A stretch of 46,837 bases of DNA from a virus (lineage: Duplodnaviria; Caudoviricetes), in IMG/VR virus record IMGVR_UViG_3300048598_000525, positions 1-46,837 of that record; one strand, written 5' to 3'. A program made the position numbers and the translations under genes. The notes beneath the pieces were generated by a model, which saw only the letters and a list, made by a program, of their open reading frames with translations, ran no database searches and had not been told where the DNA came from. This document shows positions 8,193-15,038 of this stretch, piece after piece; positions within the stretch are counted from its first letter, which is position 1, and every line of letters begins with the position of its first letter.

Positions 8193-8444
8193 ATGAGATT
8201 CTTTTCGATCCTGTTTTACATCTTTGCGCTGTTCGGGATTATTACGTCGTTTAGTCCGCCAACTGCGCATGGAACTGATACGTTCAACTTTTCCGCTGCG
8301 ATCAGCAATATAGAGGCCGCTGTTTTGGGCGCTGGATTTTGTATCGCAGCTACCGTTATGTGGGTAGGCGCGACGCTTCAATCGCGCTTTCCAACAAAAG
8401 AAAAGCCGGTAGAAAAGAACGAAGCAAAATCGGAAACGGTTTAA
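8193..8444 (+). CDS. Small two-TM membrane protein (immunity-region cargo)
   Basis: Two hydrophobic segments and a charged tail; shares a TTAA stop overlap with the convergent CDPS. Confidence 0.6.
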   Translation: MRFFSILFYIFALFGIITSFSPPTAHGTDTFNFSAAISNIEAAVLGAGFCIAATVMWVGATLQSRFPTKEKPVEKNEAKSETV

Positions 8445-9124
8445 CTAGCCGCAAACATCTTGTCGGCTCTTTTCCTGTGTTCAACCTTGATCGGAAGATA
8501 GGGTTCTAAACCAAGCTCTTTTGGAGCACCTTTTATGATTTGTTCTCGAACAAGTCGAAAGGCTTCTTTTTGTTTGGACGGATAAACACAAGTCGCGCGC
8601 AATTCGTTCGCGCGAACGCAACAAGCCGCCATTTCATTGAGAATATATGAAACGCAAGAGCGTTGCTGATCTATGTTTTGGTCGGTGGATTTCTTTTGGA
8701 CATATCCCCAAGCATCGGCATCAACAGTCGCTTTAAAAAGAGGATCCGTTTTGTATATATCCGTTAAAGTCTCTCTAAAAGGGGCATGATCTGGCGAGGC
8801 TGTCCAGTGGTCGAAACGAATAACATTTTCGCCTCCAATCAAATCAACTGCTTCTGAATTTGCAACAAGCCAAAGATCGCCAGCCGCTTTTGCTGTATGA
8901 TAAGCCTTATCAGCGGACATGCCATCAAAGGCTTGATAGTTTATTGCCTTGTCGGTGTCGGCCAGGTCGATCCATACATGATCAAAAGTTTCCTTTGCCC
9001 ATTTCGCGACGGTCAGGAAACGGTCGCCATCAAAATCGCGGCCGCCACCGACACTAACCCATAAAACAGCTTGGGAAGAATGCAACAGATCGGAATTAAA
9101 ACGAACCTTAAAAGTATCAGTCAT
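8441..9124 (-). CDS. tRNA-dependent cyclodipeptide synthase (CDPS), XYP subfamily
   Basis: Catalytic Ser in LWVS24VG, W..F..V.I..ADT, GDLWL..N, IRFDHW, Y160-ILN-E164, Y181-P182; 227 aa is a typical CDPS size. Confidence 0.8.
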   Translation of the reverse strand: MTDTFKVRFNSDLLHSSQAVLWVSVGGGRDFDGDRFLTVAKWAKETFDHVWIDLADTDKAINYQAFDGMSADKAYHTAKAAGDLWLVANSEAVDLIGGENVIRFDHWTASPDHAPFRETLTDIYKTDPLFKATVDADAWGYVQKKSTDQNIDQQRSCVSYILNEMAACCVRANELRATCVYPSKQKEAFRLVREQIIKGAPKELGLEPYLPIKVEHRKRADKMFAAS

Positions 9125-9785
9125 CTTTTTTCTCTATGGGCATTTTACAGTTAGACCAAACAAAATTGAAAATTTTGCGCTGTGTTTCGGCATACGAAGC
9201 ATTGTGAATTAGATAAACCGCTTCACCTTTGTTGATGAGGGTGCCAACATATTCGCCAAAAATCACTTGCACATCGTTGTTGAAAAACTGCGTCGGCATC
9301 CATCGATAATCACGGCGCGGAAATGTTTGCGTTAAATCGCCTTCCTCACAAATAAAGCGCGTGGTCATTCCTCGTGAGCGCATTTGTTCAACAAGCGCGT
9401 TAACGTCCGATGGGGAAAGATTGTCGCGCGTGTTGATAAAACATATGTCTTCTTGTCGATCCCCCATTAAGGAAAGGATCCGTTCCATAAGGCGCGTATA
9501 ACAACCTTCGCCTTCGATAACTTCAAGAGCGTCACGCCGCAAAGCGACGCCACGATCAGCAATAAATTCAATGCCGGCCGCCTCAAGGGCATTTTTGACC
9601 TGACGTAGCAGGTCGGCCCTTGGGCTGTGATTGCCCATCTTCATGCTATAAGCCGTCGTGGAGCCTATTTTTGCGGCCGCAGACAGGTCTTTATCGTCCC
9701 ATTTGAGGATTGCCATAGCCGCCCGGATCTGTTCCGGTGTAATTGATGGCTTAGCTAAAACCTTTGCATTGCTGTTTTTTGGCAT
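9117..9785 (-). CDS. XRE-HTH regulator with a C-terminal putative ligand-binding (TrmB/PLD-like) domain
   Basis: ITPEQIRAAMAILKW..DL..AA...ALEAAGIEF..GV HTH; C-terminal VIFGEYV...IHNASYAETQRKIFNFVW pattern; 8-nt overlap with the CDPS start. Confidence 0.75.
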   Translation of the reverse strand: MPKNSNAKVLAKPSITPEQIRAAMAILKWDDKDLSAAAKIGSTTAYSMKMGNHSPRADLLRQVKNALEAAGIEFIADRGVALRRDALEVIEGEGCYTRLMERILSLMGDRQEDICFINTRDNLSPSDVNALVEQMRSRGMTTRFICEEGDLTQTFPRRDYRWMPTQFFNNDVQVIFGEYVGTLINKGEAVYLIHNASYAETQRKIFNFVWSNCKMPIEKKDD

Positions 9786-9796
9786 GTTCTTTTCCC

Positions 9797-9911
9797 TTTA
9801 TGGTAGTCTAGCACTTTATATTAGTTTCATACCACTAAATTTTAGTGTATGGAAGCAAAAAAGATGATACGTTAATATTTATGAAACCTTTTATGGGTAG
9901 TTTTAGCCCAT
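9797..9911. promoter_or_regulatory. Divergent AT-rich promoter region with palindromes (candidate operator of the XRE regulator)
   Basis: CATA-c-CACTAAA-t-TTTAGTG-TATG (9828-9851); GTTTCATA/TATGAAAC (9824-9831/9880-9887); imperfect direct repeat TTTATGGTAGTCTAGC/TTTATGGGTAGTTTTAGC. Confidence 0.55.
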
Positions 9912-9946
9912 CTGATTACCAATTACATTTTTTAGGAGATTTTAAC

Positions 9947-10288
9947 ATGAACGATAAAGTGGAGGTTAAGATAGTCTCTGATGCTGAAATGGACAATTTC
10001 GTCGCCAGCGTTCCCGAAATTAAGGTGATGCCAATCGTCCGCGCTTCTTGGCAAGTTGCCGAGCGGATGTCGGCTAACAGTCTTAAGCCAATTGATCACG
10101 ATGGGGTTAAATCAATAAAGGCTCTTGTTAGTTACGCCGCTGCAAATTTGAACGTTCAAGAAACGTCTGTGGAGTCGATGGTGTCGGCTTGTTTCGATGT
10201 GAGGGGCGTCTCGAATATCAAACAAAAAGATTATAACGAGGCAATCCGATTTTTGGTCGATTTTTGTATCACTGAATTGTCGAATTAA
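9947..10288 (+). CDS. ORF6C-like domain protein (candidate antirepressor-related)
   Basis: AGGAG RBS; C-terminal FDVRGVSNIKQKDYNEAIRFL resembles the ORF6C motif found at the end of phage antirepressors. Confidence 0.6.
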   Translation: MNDKVEVKIVSDAEMDNFVASVPEIKVMPIVRASWQVAERMSANSLKPIDHDGVKSIKALVSYAAANLNVQETSVESMVSACFDVRGVSNIKQKDYNEAIRFLVDFCITELSN

Positions 10289-10326
10289 TTTTTTTAAACA
10301 TTTTTAAAATAGGAAGGAAATTATCG

Positions 10327-10527
10327 ATGTCTGAAGCTTTAGATTTTAATGTTCTGAAAGGAAGCTATGGGCCAATCGAAGCAATGCGTGTTGTCGAGAT
10401 GATGGAAGAAATGGTCAGAACGCAAGAGACGATGGATTTATTGCGCCTTTCCCCGGATGAGCGCCTAGAGCGCGCAATGGAAAAAATCAATGATCTTGAT
10501 TTTTCTCGGAGTCTCGCGACTGGCTAG
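10327..10527 (+). CDS. Small acidic helical protein overlapping the 3' end of cI
   Basis: AGGAAGGA RBS; 66 aa; 41-nt convergent overlap with cI. Confidence 0.6.
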   Translation: MSEALDFNVLKGSYGPIEAMRVVEMMEEMVRTQETMDLLRLSPDERLERAMEKINDLDFSRSLATG

Positions 10528-10933
10528 AGCCAAGTAAGAGGCGAGCCGTGCGAATTATAAGTTCAGGAGATGGGATATTTCCTTTTTCGAGATCGGGTTT
10601 AAGCCAGGCGCTAACTTTTTGTGCAGCAAGCTTGGCTAACTCCTCGGAAGGTTTCTTGCCGCCTCGAGCCGCTGCCTCAACAGAGATTGCCGCCAACACG
10701 TCCGCATAAGAGGGAGGGGCTACCAACTTTAATTGTTCAAAGTCCTTCGCTTCATATAAATCTTCAATCGAACATTTCAGGACACGCGCAAGTTTTACTG
10801 CAACATCGTAAGACAGCTTACGTTTGCAGTTTTCAAGATGCGAAAACCTGGATTGTTCCCAACCAATAGCGTCGTATAGCTCTTTTGAGCTAATGCCAGC
10901 CGCTTCGCGAAGTTCTCTGATGTGGTTTTTCAT
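10487..10933 (-). CDS. CI-like XRE repressor with no S24 peptidase domain
   Basis: MKNHIRELREAAGISSKEL...FSHLENCKRKLS...LARVLKCSIEDL HTH; divergent from cro across three operators. Confidence 0.8.
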   Translation of the reverse strand: MKNHIRELREAAGISSKELYDAIGWEQSRFSHLENCKRKLSYDVAVKLARVLKCSIEDLYEAKDFEQLKLVAPPSYADVLAAISVEAAARGGKKPSEELAKLAAQKVSAWLKPDLEKGNIPSPELIIRTARLLLGSSQSRDSEKNQDH

Positions 10934-10945
10934 GGCACCCATTTT

Positions 10946-11012
10946 ATGACAAATTGTAATAATCATCAAATGACAAATTGTCATTGACACTAGAATGACA
11001 AAACGTCATATT
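10946..11012. promoter_or_regulatory. OR1-3 operators and PR promoter
   Basis: ATGACAAATTGTAAT (10946), ATGACAAATTGTCAT (10970), ATGACAAAACGTCAT (10995); TTGACA(10984)-17-CATATT(11007). Confidence 0.85.
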
Positions 11013-11018
11013 CGCGTC

Positions 11019-11285
11019 ATGCAAACGCTACGCGAATATGTAGAGGGCTTAGGCCTCAACCAAGAGCAATTTGGCGAAAAAGCCAAGTTGTCACAGAGCT
11101 TTGTCTCTCTTTTGTTTAACGGAAAACGCAAGGTCAAGGACTGCCGTGTATTCACACTTGAGGCAATGACCGGAATCCCCCGGCATGTTTGGCGCCCTGA
11201 TCTTTATCCGCCCGAAGACCTCAAAAAATCAAAAACAACCTCCCAACACAAAAAGAATCTCACGAGCAGGGGTGCAAAACCATGA
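11019..11285 (+). CDS. Cro-like HTH protein, probably leaderless
   Basis: LREYVEGLGLNQEQFGEKAKLSQSFVSLL...TGIPRHVWRPDLY; ATG lies at the predicted PR start site. Confidence 0.8.
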   Translation: MQTLREYVEGLGLNQEQFGEKAKLSQSFVSLLFNGKRKVKDCRVFTLEAMTGIPRHVWRPDLYPPEDLKKSKTTSQHKKNLTSRGAKP

Positions 11286-11737
11286 CAAATCCGCATGCCG
11301 TAACCACCGAATTGTTCATCGCCAAGCAAGCCGAAGTGATGCGCGAATTTATCAAGCCTGGAAAATACGACGAAGTTTCAGAAGGCACCGGCATTGATGA
11401 TCGCACGATCCGCGCTCACATTCTTGGTGACGCCGGCGCTAACGGTACGAAGTTGATGCGCTATTTCGCATTTTTTGGGCCTGAATTTGTGAACAGTGTT
11501 TTGGCAATGATCGGGATGGGTGGTGCCCATTGGATCAATGCAGCTGAAGAAACAAACGAATTTATGCTCAATTCCAAGACCGTCAGTTTACTCAAAGAAA
11601 TTTCCGACGCATTGGAAGACGGCCGTGTCGATCATCAAGAAAAAGCGCGCATTTTGCCCGTGGCGAGACATCTTCTTTGCGCGCTTGAAAGTTATGTCCA
11701 CGCCACAAATCCCCACAAAAAAGGAACAAAGAAATGA
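11282..11737 (+). CDS. CII-like phage regulatory protein
   Basis: Position after cro; DALEDGRVDHQE motif. Confidence 0.6.
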   Translation: MTNPHAVTTELFIAKQAEVMREFIKPGKYDEVSEGTGIDDRTIRAHILGDAGANGTKLMRYFAFFGPEFVNSVLAMIGMGGAHWINAAEETNEFMLNSKTVSLLKEISDALEDGRVDHQEKARILPVARHLLCALESYVHATNPHKKGTKK

Positions 11738-12258
11738 GCAAAAAAACTAAAAAGGAAAAAGAAAAACCGATCTCTGTTGAGATCGCCCGCGAGACAATGA
11801 CCGGCGACATCCGTGAGTGTATCTTGGATGTTTTGAAGCATGGCATTCAAAAGCCTTGGCAACAGTTGTCCGAATTTGAACAACGAGATGTCGTGGCAAA
11901 GGCAGAAGCTGCCGCAAGAGACGCCGCCAACAAAGCGGTCGACATCATTGTCGCCGACGGTCGCCCGACTATCATTGCCGCATTGGAATCCGTTGCGGTT
12001 AAAGACGGGATCAAGGCCATTGTTAAGCTGTCGAAAGACGATGAATTACGCCATGACCTGATGGACAGTCAGGGCAAGACAATTCTTTTGATTGTCACGG
12101 ACAAGGCATCTTATCACGGCGAACGCGAACCTTCCAAGATCGACAAAGACCAACTCTCTCTTATCGAAACAAACGACAATAGCGACAAGTCTGTTTTCGA
12201 TAATACAGCCGCAGGTCGAAACGATCGGCGCGTCGCGCGCAGGAAGAAGGCCGCTTAA
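11734..12258 (+). CDS. Conserved phage hypothetical protein
   Basis: KPWQQLSEFEQ...LESVAVKDGIKA; coupled ORF. Confidence 0.65.
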   Translation: MSKKTKKEKEKPISVEIARETMTGDIRECILDVLKHGIQKPWQQLSEFEQRDVVAKAEAAARDAANKAVDIIVADGRPTIIAALESVAVKDGIKAIVKLSKDDELRHDLMDSQGKTILLIVTDKASYHGEREPSKIDKDQLSLIETNDNSDKSVFDNTAAGRNDRRVARRKKAA

Positions 12259-12259
12259 T

Positions 12260-12745
12260 ATGTTGGTGATTGGCATCGATCCTGGCTTGCACGGCGGCAT
12301 TGCATTTCGCAAAAACGAAGCGATGCGCGTTGAACCTTTGCCGACTTTTAAAATCAGCAAAGGAAATGGATCACGTCAAATTCTAAATTTGACGGATCTT
12401 GCGGCCATGATCGATGACCAAACCAAAGATGAAAGCAAGGTGCAGGTTTTTCTCGAATATGTTTCGTCCAGTCCACAAATGGGCGTCACAAGCGCGTTTA
12501 ATTTTGGTGAGGGGTTTGGAGCGATTAAAGGAATTATCGCGGCATATTTTCTTCCAATTACGCTTGTGACACCTGTTGTTTGGAAGCGCGCCCTAAAGGT
12601 TAGCAAAAATAAGGACGACTCACGAAACCGCGCCAGCCAGCTGATGCCAACCTATGCCCATCACTGGGCGCGCCATAAAGACGATGGATTGGCGGAAGCC
12701 GCTATGATCGCGCTTTATGGCCAACAATATGGGGTCATAAAATGA
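12260..12745 (+). CDS. RuvC-like Holliday junction resolvase
   Basis: IGIDPG..GGIA, VFLE, GVTSAFNFG, TPVVWK, DGLAEAAMIA. Confidence 0.85.
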   Translation: MLVIGIDPGLHGGIAFRKNEAMRVEPLPTFKISKGNGSRQILNLTDLAAMIDDQTKDESKVQVFLEYVSSSPQMGVTSAFNFGEGFGAIKGIIAAYFLPITLVTPVVWKRALKVSKNKDDSRNRASQLMPTYAHHWARHKDDGLAEAAMIALYGQQYGVIK

Positions 12746-13221
12746 CGAACCTGCACAACCTACATTTGGGAATTTTGGACGGGGCCGATGTTGCCGCAAT
12801 AGTGGCTTTTTCTCCGGAAGAACTGGCAGAACTGCAAAGCCAAGTGAACGAAGCAATGGGCATGATGAAGAAGCGTTCGGAGCTTCTAACGGCCGCGCTC
12901 GATCGCAAATATGGTGAAGCTGCGCAAAAGATGCGTGTCGAAGAAGGTAAGGATACGGGGATTGTCCATGTTCTCGAAGGCAACTTCGACATCGAGGCGA
13001 AAAAAGGAAAAACGGTTAAGTGGGATCAATCCAAATTGATCGCCGCGCTTGATGCTATGCCAAACGATACAGCCAAGCACTACGCAAAAACAGAATTTAC
13101 GGTGGATGAAAAAAAATATTCGGCGGCGCCACCGGAGATAAAGAAACTCTTAGATCCTGCGCGTTCCGTCGTGCCTGGGAAAGCTACCTACATCATCACC
13201 CCCACAAAAAAGGACAATTAA
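12742..13221 (+). CDS. Conserved phage protein of the recombination module
   Basis: GKDTGIVH...VKWDQ.KL motif; precedes the AAA_24 gene. Confidence 0.65.
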   Translation: MTNLHNLHLGILDGADVAAIVAFSPEELAELQSQVNEAMGMMKKRSELLTAALDRKYGEAAQKMRVEEGKDTGIVHVLEGNFDIEAKKGKTVKWDQSKLIAALDAMPNDTAKHYAKTEFTVDEKKYSAAPPEIKKLLDPARSVVPGKATYIITPTKKDN

Positions 13222-13222
13222 C

Positions 13223-14095
13223 ATGGCCTTGCAAATCATCACGGCCGACCAGCGACTTGCGGAAAAGCGCGGCATTAAAGGCTGCATTTTCGGCAAATCT
13301 GGTATCGGTAAGACAAGTCTTCTTTGGACGCTGGATCCAGCAACAACGCTTTTCATGGATTTGGAAGCCGGAGATCTGGCAGTCGAGAAATGGAATGGCG
13401 ACACGTTGCGCCCACGCACATGGCAAGAATGCCGAGACTTCGCGGCATTTATCGGCGGCCCAAATCCTGCGTTGCGCGACAATCAACCTTTTAGCCAGTC
13501 GCATTATGATTATGTCTGTCAGCAATTAGGCGATCCGGCACAGCTCGACAAATACGAAACAATCTTTGTCGATAGTATCACTGTCGCAGCGCGCTTGTCA
13601 TTCCAATGGTGCAGCGGTCAGCCGGAAGCATTCAGCGAAAAGACCGGCAAACCCGACACGCGCGGCGCCTATGGGCTGCATGGGCGTGAAATGATTGGTT
13701 GGCTCACACACCTACAGCACACGCGCGGCAAAAACGTCTGGTTTGTCGGAATCCTTGACGAGAAGACGGACGACTTTAACCGGAAGGTTTATCAGCCACA
13801 AATCGACGGAAGCAAAACGGGCCTCGAACTGCCTGGCATTGTTGACCAGGTCGTTAGCATGACCGAAATGCAAACCGAAGGCGGAGAAAAATATCGCGCC
13901 TTTGTTTGCCACACGCTCAATCCATTTGGCTATCCGGCAAAGGATCGGAGCGGCCGCCTTGACATGATCGAGGAGCCGCACTTGGGCAAGCTGATGAACA
14001 AAATCATGCAGCCTCTTACCAAGACGGCATCGGAACGGTTGGAGTTTTCCAGGCCACAACCTACCGACGCCGCTTCCAATGCAACCGAAGCCTAG
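13223..14095 (+). CDS. AAA_24 / Sak4-like ATP-binding recombination protein
   Basis: GKSGIGKT Walker A, DLEAG, FVDSIT, AKDRSGRL. Confidence 0.85.
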   Translation: MALQIITADQRLAEKRGIKGCIFGKSGIGKTSLLWTLDPATTLFMDLEAGDLAVEKWNGDTLRPRTWQECRDFAAFIGGPNPALRDNQPFSQSHYDYVCQQLGDPAQLDKYETIFVDSITVAARLSFQWCSGQPEAFSEKTGKPDTRGAYGLHGREMIGWLTHLQHTRGKNVWFVGILDEKTDDFNRKVYQPQIDGSKTGLELPGIVDQVVSMTEMQTEGGEKYRAFVCHTLNPFGYPAKDRSGRLDMIEEPHLGKLMNKIMQPLTKTASERLEFSRPQPTDAASNATEA

Positions 14096-14125
14096 AGAGC
14101 TTAATTCAGCACAAAGGAGAGAGAA

Positions 14126-14785
14126 ATGTATCAGCAATCAGCACTTGATTTCAATGACGCCGGACAACAACAATCCGGTGAGGTTATCCCTAAGAACACG
14201 ATCGCCAAGGTCGTGGCAAATATCCGCCCTGGCAATGTAGGCCCTGGCGGATGGCTTACACAAAGCAATTCGAGCGATGTTCAATATCTTAGCTTCGAGT
14301 TTATCGTTATCGAAGGGCCATTTGCCAAGCGGCGTTTTTGGCAAAACATGACCGTAACAGGCGGTAAGCTCGATGAACACGGACAGTCGAAGGGCTGGGG
14401 GATCACGAAGGCAACGCTTCGCGCCATGCTCGATAGTGCTTATGGGATCGATCCGGACGACGACAGCCCCGCCGCGCGCCAAAAGCGCGTGACGCAAGAT
14501 TTCGGTGCCTTCAATGGCTTAAACATCGTTGCCAAGATCGGTATTGAAGTTGGTAAAGACAACAACCCTGACAAGAACAAGCTGTCTTTGGTCTTGACGC
14601 GCAAAAACCCCGAATACGCTCAACTTATGTACGGTGCGCAGCCTGGTTATGTGCCCCAGCCGGCAAGCGTGATGCCTACGCAGGGATTTGCTGTGCCTCC
14701 GGCCCAGCAACAAGCTCCGGCCGCAACTGGCGCAGCGCCGGCAAATACGACGCAGGGAGGCGCTGTGCCCGCTTGGGCTCGGTGA
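14126..14785 (+). CDS. Putative ssDNA-binding protein (DUF669-like)
   Basis: Follows the Sak4-like gene; DFNDA start, EGPFAKRRFW, low-complexity tail ending PAWAR. Confidence 0.65.
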   Translation: MYQQSALDFNDAGQQQSGEVIPKNTIAKVVANIRPGNVGPGGWLTQSNSSDVQYLSFEFIVIEGPFAKRRFWQNMTVTGGKLDEHGQSKGWGITKATLRAMLDSAYGIDPDDDSPAARQKRVTQDFGAFNGLNIVAKIGIEVGKDNNPDKNKLSLVLTRKNPEYAQLMYGAQPGYVPQPASVMPTQGFAVPPAQQQAPAATGAAPANTTQGGAVPAWAR

Positions 14786-14855
14786 TTTTACGGTGGCGGA
14801 GGCCTCGAACTCCGCCATCTCTCCTTTCAATCCCCTTTAGCCGCAAGAGGGATAA

Positions 14856-15038
14856 ATGCGTCTGCCAAAAGATTTTCAAATTAAATCTCTCAAAGGCCCT
14901 GTCGATATAGAGGGGCTTGAGACTTTGCTTATTTTGGGTGTGCAACTCGGTAGGCAGGATGAATTTAAGCGTCGCCTTAGGATGGCGCTGGAATCTGCAT
15001 ATGAACAAGGCGCGAAAAGCACGAAGGAAAACAAGTAA
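14856..15038 (+). CDS. Small hypothetical protein
   Basis: GAGG RBS; TAATG coupling to the helicase. Confidence 0.5.
   Translation: MRLPKDFQIKSLKGPVDIEGLETLLILGVQLGRQDEFKRRLRMALESAYEQGAKSTKENK

Noticed and set aside
10934-11018. Longer N-termini for cI (10990) and cro (10995) from the ORF track
   Set aside because: Those ATGs belong to the operator palindromes; the HTH domains begin at 10933 and 11019.
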